The translations under genes were made by a program, and so were the position numbers. A DNA stretch of 64,000 nt from a virus. Its lineage: Duplodnaviria; Caudoviricetes. How positions within the stretch are numbered: the stretch's first letter is position 1; each line of letters starts with the position of its first letter. The stretch spans positions 32,001 to 96,000 of the IMG/VR virus record IMGVR_UViG_2687453780_000005. One strand, written 5' to 3'. The notes below the pieces were generated by a model that was not told where the DNA came from, did not search any database, and saw only the letters and a list, made by a program, of their open reading frames with translations. Of this stretch, positions 10,992 to 20,372 are shown piece by piece.

Positions 10992-11264
10992 TTACTTTAC
11001 GGCATCTTTTAATGCTTTGCCGGCTTTAAATTTAGGCACTTTTGATGCTTCGATGTGAAGTTTTTCGCCAGTCTTTGGATTTCGTCCTTCTCTGGCAGCT
11101 CTTTCGGTTACTTCAAATGTGCCAAATCCAACCAACTGAACCTTTTCACCCTTTACTAATTTCTCAGTTACAACCTCTGTAAGTGCTTTTAAAAATGCTT
11201 CTGTATCTTTTACCTGTAAACCTGTTTTGTTTACGATAGAAGTAATTAATTCTGGTTTATTCAT
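10992..11264 (-). CDS. hup: HU family DNA-binding protein
   Basis: MNKPELI...VQLVGFGTFEVTERAAREGRNPKTGE...PKFKAGKALKDAVK. Confidence 0.97.
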   Translation of the reverse strand: MNKPELITSIVNKTGLQVKDTEAFLKALTEVVTEKLVKGEKVQLVGFGTFEVTERAAREGRNPKTGEKLHIEASKVPKFKAGKALKDAVK

Positions 11265-11364
11265 ATATAAAAATCTCCTTATATTTAAAATAATAAAAGA
11301 GGGCAGTAAACACCCTCGGTTTGACCGCACAGCAGTCATTCGCCATTTATTATGTTGGCAACAC

Positions 11365-11562
11365 TTAATATGACTTTTCTGCTACTGCTAGAATGGCATT
11401 TGCAATTCTAATTGCTTCACAATCTCCTAAATCATGAAGAATAGACTCTGAAACTTTCAATGGAAAATATTTTATATATTCGCGATCATCTTCCGACACA
11501 ATATTTCCGCTGGCAATCTCCTGAAATTTTGTTAAAGTATCGATTGTTTTAAAGTCGTTCAT
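11365..11562 (-). CDS. Hypothetical protein
   Basis: 65 aa with GAGGTG RBS. Confidence 0.6.
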   Translation of the reverse strand: MNDFKTIDTLTKFQEIASGNIVSEDDREYIKYFPLKVSESILHDLGDCEAIRIANAILAVAEKSY

Positions 11563-11631
11563 AAATACACCTCTTCTCAGTTAAAGCAATAAAAAAGAAC
11601 CGCCACAAGCGATTCACCATCAAATGTATGT

Positions 11632-12849
11632 TTAGTTTAAAATGATATTGTAGGTTGCTTCACGACCATCTTCCTGATTAAACAACATTAATGTCTGACC
11701 AGCAGAAGAGTAGAGTCTTTTTTCATTTGCATAAGATTCAGAACCACACAGAGAACGTACTATCACACTTTCAATGCCTAATCGTTCAAATTCCTCTAGA
11801 TGATGCTTGTCCCCCATGACGGTTAAATCAATCGTTTCTCCAAATTTCTTTGTGAATATAGTATTCATAGTGACACCAAAATCCTTGAAGTTCTCTAAGT
11901 CTCCATGAGTACAAACAATATTTACGCCACATACGTTTAACTTTATAAATTCATACCAATCAGCGGGAACTATGGTAACGTCATTACGCTCTCTCAGCCT
12001 TTCTTTTAACCACCAGGGTACAAGACGTTCCATATTGTCAGAATGCTTACTATCTTTTTTATTCTGGATAGTTCTCATGTGATTGCCATATGTGGAGTAT
12101 ACAGAAGTTTCAGTAACGCAATCAGCTAATGCAGATATAATTTCTGCCATTCGTTCAGTTACGTGCATTAGCTGCATACATGTCTCTTCTTCCGAATCTA
12201 CTCTACACCCAGTGTGAATGCTCCCATGGCAAAGGTCCCCTAGGATTACCAAATGTAACTTATAGACACCATTCTCTATTAAATGTTGTTTTGTTTTATC
12301 AATAAGTTTCTCTAATCTGTTTTCGCAAATATCAATGTTGTATGTATTCCAGATATTATCCGTTACTAGTCCGTAATGTAAATCAGAAATATAAATAACG
12401 GCTTCTCTGCCAGAAGAGAAACAGATTTCTTTATTAACTTTTAGCGGTTTCAATTTGTTTAGATCTTTAGCAACCTCTAGCATTTCGGTACACAAGTGAT
12501 CAAATCTGCTTTCAAGTGTTAAATCCCGATTTTTTAATCGTCTCTGATCAGACACCTGCTTCTTAATCTTATACAATTCATCAAGCTGAACTTGCACTTC
12601 TTTACTGTATTGCTCATCTATCATTTTTGAAAATACTTCATCATAAAAAGCTTTTGCCATCTGGAATTTCTTACGATATGCTGATTCTGTCCACGTTTCA
12701 GTTTCATCTCTTAACTCTTTATTGAACAATTCTGTCAAATTGGGCCATGTGATGTCAAGCGTACCGGAATCTTTGGCAGAGCCTAAACGCCATATGTATT
12801 GTAATTCAGTCTCATCAACAGCTTTCTTTAAATCAACGATATTATTCAC
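11632..12849 (-). CDS. Calcineurin-like metallophosphoesterase
   Basis: SDLH, LGD, YGNH, THGD, GDKHH motifs; start uncertain (GTG 12849 or ATC just downstream). Confidence 0.85.
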   Translation of the reverse strand: MNNIVDLKKAVDETELQYIWRLGSAKDSGTLDITWPNLTELFNKELRDETETWTESAYRKKFQMAKAFYDEVFSKMIDEQYSKEVQVQLDELYKIKKQVSDQRRLKNRDLTLESRFDHLCTEMLEVAKDLNKLKPLKVNKEICFSSGREAVIYISDLHYGLVTDNIWNTYNIDICENRLEKLIDKTKQHLIENGVYKLHLVILGDLCHGSIHTGCRVDSEEETCMQLMHVTERMAEIISALADCVTETSVYSTYGNHMRTIQNKKDSKHSDNMERLVPWWLKERLRERNDVTIVPADWYEFIKLNVCGVNIVCTHGDLENFKDFGVTMNTIFTKKFGETIDLTVMGDKHHLEEFERLGIESVIVRSLCGSESYANEKRLYSSAGQTLMLFNQEDGREATYNIILN

Positions 12850-12860
12850 CGCCTTACCAA

Positions 12861-13070
12861 TTATTCTGCATCGAACATTGTAGAAGAGAGTGGCAATGCT
12901 CCTCCGAGTTTGCAATCAACTAACTGATCCTTATATTCCATAAACATATCTTTTACGCTAATAGGCTCCCCAAATTCCTCGTGGCTCAAATACAGTTCAC
13001 CATCAATTTCTTCAACCTTTGCGCCTACAATATTGTAGATACTTTGTTTTGTATTATCTAATTTTGCCAT
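12861..13070 (-). CDS. Small phage protein (YonK-like position)
   Basis: 69 aa with GGAGG RBS directly upstream of the phosphoesterase. Confidence 0.55.
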   Translation of the reverse strand: MAKLDNTKQSIYNIVGAKVEEIDGELYLSHEEFGEPISVKDMFMEYKDQLVDCKLGGALPLSSTMFDAE

Positions 13071-13088
13071 ATTATATTTCCCTCCAAA

Positions 13089-13382
13089 TTAATAAGACTT
13101 CTTGTGCGGATTGAAATATCTCTGGTGAGATTTTCTTTTCCTGACTTCAAGAAGTTGTTCTACTTTTACTTTATATTTTTCATTTACGGTTAATTTTGCA
13201 ATGCATGACAAGTAGTAATTACCCACTCTACGAGGTATTTTTTCATCTACCACATTGTCAATTAATCTTTTGGCAGCGTAATAGTTTTTGAAATGTATGT
13301 GAGATTCATTATCATCGCTTCTACACACTCTAAAGCCTGTTTCTGTGCGTTGTATTATGAAACCACGGTATTCTTCACCCAT
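13089..13382 (-). CDS. Hypothetical phage protein
   Basis: 97 aa ORF; HIHFKNY motif. Confidence 0.65.
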   Translation of the reverse strand: MGEEYRGFIIQRTETGFRVCRSDDNESHIHFKNYYAAKRLIDNVVDEKIPRRVGNYYLSCIAKLTVNEKYKVKVEQLLEVRKRKSHQRYFNPHKKSY

Positions 13383-13387
13383 ACCAT

Positions 13388-13567
13388 TTAGTCGCCACGA
13401 ATGGCTTTTAACGCTTCCAAGATAGCTACTTTAGGAGCAGCATAATAGCTTCTGTGACGCTTGTTTGCAGAATGACATAAGTCTGCTTCGTAATAGTTTT
13501 TGTGGTCAGAATATCTGAAACCTTGAGATTCTAACAACTTAGCTTCCTTCTTACTTATTGGTAAAAT
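13388..13567 (-). CDS. Small hypothetical protein with probable ATT start
   Basis: 59-codon frame ILPISKKEAKLLESQGFRY... after GAGTGA RBS-like site; absent from ORF track. Confidence 0.5.
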   Translation of the reverse strand: MLPISKKEAKLLESQGFRYSDHKNYYEADLCHSANKRHRSYYAAPKVAILEALKAIRGD

Positions 13568-13614
13568 TATATTTCACTCGCTTTCGTTTTAAATTTCTCC
13601 GGAGAGGAGAGTAG

Positions 13615-13698
13615 CACTAGAATGAGGTGTCGATCCCCATGCTGATAAACACACACTGCTTTCAAGGCTGGTTTCGGAGCCGTCCGAATTATTCTAGC
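13615..13698 (-). tRNA. tRNA-Ser(UGA), non-canonical 8/4 tRNA-Sec-like fold
   Basis: GCTAGAAT/ATTCTAGT acceptor, TTCGGA-CGGC-TCCGAA D arm, CT-TGA-AA loop, long variable arm, GGGG-ATCGACA-CCTC T arm, G discriminator; anticodon stem has 2 mismatches. Confidence 0.7.
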
Positions 13699-13704
13699 AA
13701 AGTT

Positions 13705-14048
13705 TCCTTATAAACGCCAAGCGTCGATAGTTGGTGGTACCCACCGCTATTTTAGCACGCTCATAATCTTCCAGGATTATAATTCAAGTACTTGGTTTCG
13801 CTGTGCAAACTCACAAGGTTTCGTACCACTTGAATCAAAAGATTTTGTATGGAATCATGCACACTAAATTATATCCATACCATATTGACGATTGAAATAT
13901 CCATTGGTCGGATGAATATTTGGTTTGATGTTCCTCACTTTGTATGTCCGCGGAGACACACTGTGTTTGTCACATGTTTGAGTTTTGCACTGTTTCTATA
14001 GTGAAGTATACTAAACTCCACTACTCCTGTCTTCATGTATAGAAGACA
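13705..14048 (-). ncRNA. Unidentified structured RNA between the two tRNAs
   Basis: No ORF; helices 13803-13813/13979-13990 and 13783-13789/13828-13834 plus several local hairpins. Confidence 0.45.
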
Positions 14049-14049
14049 A

Positions 14050-14124
14050 TCGGAATTGTAAGATTCGAACCCACGACTAACCGGATATAAGCCGGGTACT
14101 CTAACCTGACTGAGTTAAATTCCG
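14050..14124 (-). tRNA. tRNA-Ile(UAU)
   Basis: CGGAATT/AATTCCG acceptor, ACTC/GAGT D stem, CT-TAT-AT anticodon loop, GTGGG-TTCGAAT-CTTAC T arm, A discriminator, CCA not encoded. Confidence 0.9.
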
Positions 14125-14159
14125 TAATTTTTAATCAATGCCTCCATGAAATGTTCTAT

Positions 14160-14480
14160 TCTGGTAGACTACAGCTCGTAAAACTGCAATTTTTAATGAC
14201 ACTTATTGCGGTCAATCGTTACAACTTTTGTTATTCATACTAAATTCCACGCCAAGCACTACTTTAAAGTATGAAAAGTGGGTTTTGTTGAACCACTATA
14301 ATAAATAACCCAAGCAAACGGGTATTTTCTAAGTATTGGTTTAGGATTTTCCTTTCCGCTGGCACAGGTTTAAAGTCTCTGTACCGACTTATTTCGAGGA
14401 GGTGTCGTTAACCAACTTGCCGAATGTAAGTCAATCAACGACTTTATGAGAATAAGTTGAATTATGAGCTATTCTTATTT
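14160..14480 (-). ncRNA. Unidentified multi-hairpin RNA upstream of tRNA-Ile
   Basis: 15-bp stem 14404-14418/14428-14442 with four G-U pairs on the minus strand; further G-U-containing hairpins. Confidence 0.5.
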
Positions 14481-14630
14481 ATTTTTTGATTTTCTTTTCT
14501 CTCTTACCTAGGGTTCCCTTATAATTTTTCTTTGAAATTAATGGAAGTTTCCCATACCTCTTACGGAAGAGTTCCGCGAAAAAATGATAGGTTAAAATTG
14601 AAAAAAGTAACTTTTCATCTCAACAATGCC

Positions 14631-14933
14631 TTATCTACAAGCCTTTTGATACTTGCATCCATTTTTAATTCTATTTTTAATTCCGGTTGCAATTTTAAAA
14701 GTAGGATAAATACATTTTTCTAAATTTAATTCTGGATTTCCAAATAAGTTTTTGCCCTGCATAGGTTTTCGTTCAACCAAAGTAAATCTTCCAAGCTTGG
14801 GAATTTCAACTTCTTCTCCGCAGATGAGTTTCTCTGCTGTCAAACTAGAAGAAGTATTAAAAACTTCTTCTACAGCATAATCAGATAACATGCACCTCTT
14901 TGCAACTTCTTTCACAAATTCGCTTTTATTCAA
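14631..14933 (-). CDS. Second, divergent HU/IHF family protein
   Basis: MNKSEFVKEVA...VEIPKLGRF...PTFK. Confidence 0.85.
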   Translation of the reverse strand: MNKSEFVKEVAKRCMLSDYAVEEVFNTSSSLTAEKLICGEEVEIPKLGRFTLVERKPMQGKNLFGNPELNLEKCIYPTFKIATGIKNRIKNGCKYQKACR

Positions 14934-17754
14934 ATAATTTACCTCCGTATCTTTTAAATTTTATATTAAAGATATCAATATCTCCCTCGTTTGATTCTTC
15001 TATGTATGTATTTGATGGTGTTAGTTCATACATTATTTCTGTCAAGACATCGTTCTCATAGTTAAATAGTGCATAAAATAATAACTTCGAAATATGTGAA
15101 TACTTTTTCATGTCTACATATTCTATCAAGGATAGCATCGTATGTTTGTTAATTTTCAATTTACTGATATCGTATACTAATGATTCCCTATATCGATCAG
15201 TTAATAGAAACTTTTCAGATGGAGCATAGTATTCTTTCGACCATATAGCATTAATTGAAGAATTAGTAGACTCGCACATTTTCACAATTTTATTGAGCTG
15301 TTTTTTGTTTACTGAATTTTGACTGAAATCACCAAACCTAAAACACGATGATAATGGAGTAAAATCGCTTCCTTTTGTTTTATCTGAACGATATCTATTA
15401 ACTTCTTTCAATAAATAATCCATTGCTGTTTGGTGATAGTTATATTTCTTTTTATCAGGATTCCGATATCCCTTGGTCTGAGCTATAAACCCTATAAAAG
15501 CTGGTTTTATTGCTTTGTTATTAAATGTACGTCTATCCCACTTGTCTTTTATCGTCTTAAGTTCTCTTACAGAAGAAATATCAAATTCCTTTTTCGCTTT
15601 ATCAATTTCAATACATGACAATACATTTAGAATACAGATATCGTGATATATCTCTTCAATGTCTTTATAGCATTCGGCTAAAGATTTTCTGGATCTATTT
15701 ATGTAATCCCACATCAAAGTATTTAATTCCTGGGATAAATTGACTATCTCACCGATTTTGTTTTCGCTTGTTTTGTAATCCAAGTCCGCCTTATCTGCAT
15801 TTGTGTAGTGTCTTTGAGATTTCTTGGCGGTGACACGATTGGCTGGAACCTTGAAAAAATCGTAATTCTTTAAGGCAGCATCAATTAATATCTCATTGTC
15901 GGTTATTATCATCTGATCGGAATCGAAGTCAGCTCCGCTTAATCGTTCTAAGATATTTTCTCCGATAGAGTTAATACAAACAATTTCATCTGTTAAATTA
16001 AAGTATTTATCAATTAGATCATGCTGCATGTTGGTTGATACCAAAATATTCGATGTTGATATATGTGGGCTACGGCAACCTAAGACTTTTTTACCATACT
16101 TATATCGAGTGGTATGGATATGTCCAGATGGGAGAGATGTAGTTCCGTCAAATTTCCCGATACTATGGAGCAACATTTCAAATGGATTTCCAAATAATAC
16201 AGAATAATTACCATCAATTAAAATATGGCCTTTTTTAATATTTTTTAAGTAAGCTTTGCATGTTTCCTTTTTAAAATCATAATAATATTTAGTGTCATAA
16301 AATGTATCTGAAAGATTCATCATAGTGTAAATAATATCATTCTTATCTTTAAATACATTGCTCAATTCTTCTCCATCGTCTACCGCACACTTAACATGAT
16401 ATTTTAAAACATCACTATCTGTATTTAACAGATTTACATATTCCAGAGACGGCTTTAGCAGCGTATGCACCTCATCTGATGATAGCTGTAGTGTATTTAA
16501 TAACTGGTAATGAGTTTGAACCATCCTGCCATCAAAGAAGTGTGTCTTTTTTTCATGCTTTACTATGCTAAATGTAGAGTCTATATTATTAAGCCATTGC
16601 TCGATAGGAGCAAATTTTATGTATTTTATGCTATTTGGAGTTGTAATAAGTTTTATGTCGCGAATATCTCTTGCAAGTGTAATACTATCTTTATGTAGTT
16701 GCGAAATATTGGTAATGTTATTATCTTCAAACCATTTTTGTATATTTGTATTAAAACAGCATGATTTAAAAAATCTATTTCTCAAAAGAACCATTCCATA
16801 TTTTGAATAGTCACCAAGAAGACTGATATCTATCAAAGACTGTCCATCGAATATTGAGTTGGATATCTCAACACTACCTTCTTGCACCGATATCTTCTTT
16901 TCATCGTCCATTTCTACGATAATAGAATCTTCAGAAAATACGCTATCGTAATCTGGGATTATTAATATATTTTTATGATCTATCGTGAGTAAGTCTATAG
17001 CACTGCTTGTTGGCAATGATATATAAGACTCGAAGGCGGCTAAATCAATCAAATCTCCTTCATTAATATCAAGTCCACATAGATCCCATTCGTGAATGTC
17101 TGCGTATAGTCTTTCGTCTACAAATAGACACTTTCCGACTCTCGATGATCCAGATGTCCTTTTTAAACGAATATAATGTGTGCCATTACAATTAAATCCA
17201 TTTTCATATAGGTAATCTCTTAGTTCTTTTTTTGTATATGAGACTTGCACTGTTTTGACGGTATATACTTGATTTCCATACCTATCTTCTTCAAAATTAA
17301 AACCATCTGGTAGCTCGAAACGGGTGATTTCTCTGGTGGGAGTGAGAGCTACAACTCCTACTATAACGCCATCATCTAAGGCTATATTGTCTGTAAAATG
17401 AAGATCGTCTAGTAAATATCCATCCATAACATATGTATTGGCTTTGACCTTATTAAAATCTTTGCTACTATACTTAAAAGTTACATTTATAATTTTATCA
17501 GTAAATTCTTTCCCATTGTGTGTAAAAGTGAATGTATCGCTTTTATCGTAAATGCGACTTACAATCTCTCTTATTTTTTCACTATCAAGGCTAAAATCCA
17601 GTGAGTTAATAAACCGATTGAAATTCACATCACCCTTCTTTGTCAATAATCTATAGCCTATTTTATTTTTCTTTTCGTCTAAAAAATTGTTTGCAAGGAA
17701 CAAATCCTTCGCATCAACGCTTGGTATATAAATACAATTTCTTTTTGACTGCAA
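14926..17754 (-). CDS. YonO-like single-subunit two-barrel (RdRP-fold) DNA-dependent RNA polymerase
   Basis: 942 aa; RTSGSSRVGKCLF, DGQSLID, LLRNRFFK, CRSPH, catalytic RLSGADFDSD, EIDKAK. Confidence 0.85.
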   Translation of the reverse strand: MQSKRNCIYIPSVDAKDLFLANNFLDEKKNKIGYRLLTKKGDVNFNRFINSLDFSLDSEKIREIVSRIYDKSDTFTFTHNGKEFTDKIINVTFKYSSKDFNKVKANTYVMDGYLLDDLHFTDNIALDDGVIVGVVALTPTREITRFELPDGFNFEEDRYGNQVYTVKTVQVSYTKKELRDYLYENGFNCNGTHYIRLKRTSGSSRVGKCLFVDERLYADIHEWDLCGLDINEGDLIDLAAFESYISLPTSSAIDLLTIDHKNILIIPDYDSVFSEDSIIVEMDDEKKISVQEGSVEISNSIFDGQSLIDISLLGDYSKYGMVLLRNRFFKSCCFNTNIQKWFEDNNITNISQLHKDSITLARDIRDIKLITTPNSIKYIKFAPIEQWLNNIDSTFSIVKHEKKTHFFDGRMVQTHYQLLNTLQLSSDEVHTLLKPSLEYVNLLNTDSDVLKYHVKCAVDDGEELSNVFKDKNDIIYTMMNLSDTFYDTKYYYDFKKETCKAYLKNIKKGHILIDGNYSVLFGNPFEMLLHSIGKFDGTTSLPSGHIHTTRYKYGKKVLGCRSPHISTSNILVSTNMQHDLIDKYFNLTDEIVCINSIGENILERLSGADFDSDQMIITDNEILIDAALKNYDFFKVPANRVTAKKSQRHYTNADKADLDYKTSENKIGEIVNLSQELNTLMWDYINRSRKSLAECYKDIEEIYHDICILNVLSCIEIDKAKKEFDISSVRELKTIKDKWDRRTFNNKAIKPAFIGFIAQTKGYRNPDKKKYNYHQTAMDYLLKEVNRYRSDKTKGSDFTPLSSCFRFGDFSQNSVNKKQLNKIVKMCESTNSSINAIWSKEYYAPSEKFLLTDRYRESLVYDISKLKINKHTMLSLIEYVDMKKYSHISKLLFYALFNYENDVLTEIMYELTPSNTYIEESNEGDIDIFNIKFKRYGGKLFE

Positions 17755-17756
17755 TA

Positions 17757-19571
17757 TTATTCCTCCATTAATCTAATGTCTCCATTTATGCCATATGCTA
17801 ATTCGTTCATCGACTTAAGTAAAATGTCTTTAAAATATTTTTCATCAGCGTCAACTGGCACTCCATTTGGAGCAAAGTTTATTAAATATGTATTGTCTAA
17901 TAAAAACAAACGCTTACAAAATAATGTATCACCTTCAATTTTCCAGCATTTATTTTTACATGAGTTAACCATATCGCATAAATAGCTAACGATTTTTTCA
18001 ATACGATATATATATTTTATTTTGTTACAAAATCTTTCAGAGATTATTTCATCCAGTTTGTTGAAATCATGATTAGCATCGTAATCATATGTTTCCATTT
18101 CTAAATAATCATATAATAGCCAAATTTTTCTAAAATCAGACGATACTCTTATTTTTATACTGTCGTTATTCGTGCACATTGCTTCCAACTTGCTTATAGC
18201 TTTTCGATATCCAGAATTGTTCATCAGTGCTGTTTTTATCTGCTCATTTTTAAAATTCAGAAATGCGGCACTTTTGTATTCTTCATAATATCTTTCTATC
18301 ACGGCTGAATTTATATGACATAACTGCAACTCAACTCGTCCAATTTCTTCTTTTATGTAAGGGCTGTGTATGTAGTCATGAAAAGTAATATTAAAGATCA
18401 ATTCACTAAAAGGATAATTACTTACAGACCAATGGCTTCGTGGTGCTATTAACTTAATATATTCAAAGTTACTAATAGTTTCCAATGCTCTTATCTTTTT
18501 TGATGAAGCTTCGGTCTTGCATTTTAGTAAATCAATAGCATTTTGAAAGTCCTTTTTAATAAGTAACCCCTGTTCCACTTTAATTCTATAAAAAACTCTT
18601 TCAAAACAAGTATAGTCTAGATATTTTATAGCACTTTTGAAATTCACCTCATATATTAAAGGCGATACATGGGAGCAAGACACTTCGATACCGGGAATGT
18701 CGTCGTTATCATTTTGTAAGAGCGTTAAAATGTCAAAAAATTGCTTATTTATAATTTCCTTAAACTGATCTTTAAAAGATGTGCATGTCTTGTTTTTTAG
18801 ATTTTTATAGCACCATACCTGGTCAGCATAGTCCATTGAATTAAAAGCAGACACTACATCGTTTTCAGAGACATTATCGCTTTTATATTGACACAATACA
18901 TTCCAGAACCAATCCAATTTTTCCCATTGCATCTTATAATTTAGTTTATCTTGTCGCTTCCATTCTAGCTTTCGCCTTGCAATGGTACTGTCATAATCAT
19001 TTTTCGTGTATGACTTTATAAAACACTCCCCATCTGAATAAATCACTTTAAATTCAGGGATATCATTGTTGTGCTTTTGATTTATAAATTCTCTTGCGTT
19101 GATTTCAATCACATCGTTACCCAGTTCATCCCAAACAGGAATGTAGTGAGCTGACTTTTTGTTGGAATATGCTATTTCAACAAAAAATGTTTTCCCATCT
19201 TTAGTTTCCACAATGATGTCTGGTCGGTAATCTCCAAATGAAGTATGTAATGTTTTTTCAGTTTCAATACCTGATACTGTAAAGGTGTCACCATCAACTA
19301 TAAAAACGCTACTATTTTCAAATAGCCATGTTTTACAAATATAGTGAACAAAGCTTTCTTCTGAACACCCTCCAGATTCATGATAGAAATGCGGCTGAAC
19401 AAGATATTCGTTTTCTTTTTTGTACGCCCTTGGTTTTACAACGCCTTTGCAACAGGGGCAGTAGTAAATTCTGTCGTCTCTAACATCATTAATATGTACA
19501 TAGTTTGCAGTATCATCTTTGTTATCTAAAGCAACGATAAGCTGTGGCAGATCGTTATAGTTGTTTTTCAA
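17757..19571 (-). CDS. CoiA-like Zn-ribbon plus PD-(D/E)XK nuclease protein
   Basis: YYCPCC...PHFYH...ESFVH, RPDI...FFVEI. Confidence 0.7.
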   Translation of the reverse strand: MKNNYNDLPQLIVALDNKDDTANYVHINDVRDDRIYYCPCCKGVVKPRAYKKENEYLVQPHFYHESGGCSEESFVHYICKTWLFENSSVFIVDGDTFTVSGIETEKTLHTSFGDYRPDIIVETKDGKTFFVEIAYSNKKSAHYIPVWDELGNDVIEINAREFINQKHNNDIPEFKVIYSDGECFIKSYTKNDYDSTIARRKLEWKRQDKLNYKMQWEKLDWFWNVLCQYKSDNVSENDVVSAFNSMDYADQVWCYKNLKNKTCTSFKDQFKEIINKQFFDILTLLQNDNDDIPGIEVSCSHVSPLIYEVNFKSAIKYLDYTCFERVFYRIKVEQGLLIKKDFQNAIDLLKCKTEASSKKIRALETISNFEYIKLIAPRSHWSVSNYPFSELIFNITFHDYIHSPYIKEEIGRVELQLCHINSAVIERYYEEYKSAAFLNFKNEQIKTALMNNSGYRKAISKLEAMCTNNDSIKIRVSSDFRKIWLLYDYLEMETYDYDANHDFNKLDEIISERFCNKIKYIYRIEKIVSYLCDMVNSCKNKCWKIEGDTLFCKRLFLLDNTYLINFAPNGVPVDADEKYFKDILLKSMNELAYGINGDIRLMEE

Positions 19572-19592
19572 ATAATCCCTCCCTTTGTAACT

Positions 19593-19937
19593 CTACGCAA
19601 TTTCTTTCATCCACTCTATAGTCAGAGCAATACCATTATCTAGTTCCTTTATGTATCTATCTAAAAATCTTGTTTCAATCATTCTATTGACAAGCCTATC
19701 TACATCGTAGCTAATTGTGACATCACGGCTTGCAATTTCCTGAGTAGAAACCGGCCATCTAAATTCCTGATGCGCTTGGTATGGAGTGTCAGCATATTCC
19801 CGAAGTTCTACTTCAATTCTATATTTGCTTTTATCAGTATCAGATGATCTATAGATTACAATAATGTCACACAATATATTCCCATTAGAATCCCGATACT
19901 TGTATGTATTTAAGTATGATTTTATTACGTCACTCAT
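19593..19937 (-). CDS. Hypothetical protein
   Basis: ATG 19937 with GAGGAG RBS. Confidence 0.6.
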   Translation of the reverse strand: MSDVIKSYLNTYKYRDSNGNILCDIIVIYRSSDTDKSKYRIEVELREYADTPYQAHQEFRWPVSTQEIASRDVTISYDVDRLVNRMIETRFLDRYIKELDNGIALTIEWMKEIA

Positions 19938-19969
19938 TTTATGATTCTCCTCGCAATTATCATTATTTG

Positions 19970-20323
19970 TTATTTTGCTGACAAGTACCAAATGCCGTCT
20001 TGTCTATCTAAAACAATATTAAATCCGTAAATCCTTATTAGTTCATGAAGCTGTTCCTCCGTAAACAAATATCCTATTGACCCATTATGTAAATTCCATA
20101 AGCATTCATTAACAACATCATTAGCGTAGAGATTCAATTTTGTACACTTTGATCCATTTGAATTTAAGACAATAAACGTCTTTAAATATTCAAGATAGTC
20201 TACACATGGTTTTCTTGCCTCCTTCATAGAAATTACATATCTATTTATTCCCTTACCGGTAGTACGATGACTCACCGGATTTCTAAAAAACTCATCTAAT
20301 CCTTTTCTGCTGTTAATCTCCAA
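19970..20323 (-). CDS. Hypothetical protein
   Basis: 117 aa, AAGGAG RBS, TTG start. Confidence 0.6.
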   Translation of the reverse strand: MEINSRKGLDEFFRNPVSHRTTGKGINRYVISMKEARKPCVDYLEYLKTFIVLNSNGSKCTKLNLYANDVVNECLWNLHNGSIGYLFTEEQLHELIRIYGFNIVLDRQDGIWYLSAK

Positions 20324-20372
20324 TACCTAATTCTCCTTTTACTTTCTATTATTTTTACGATAGTATTCATAG

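Noticed and set aside
13615-13698. Selenocysteine tRNA (selC)
   Set aside because: Anticodon on the folding strand is UGA (Ser), not UCA, and no sel genes are present
13705-14048. tmRNA
   Set aside because: Size fits, but no tRNA-Ala-like ends or tag frame were found
14926-17754. RNA-virus or RNAi RdRP
   Set aside because: Context is a dsDNA phage late region; fits the YonO-type DNA-dependent family
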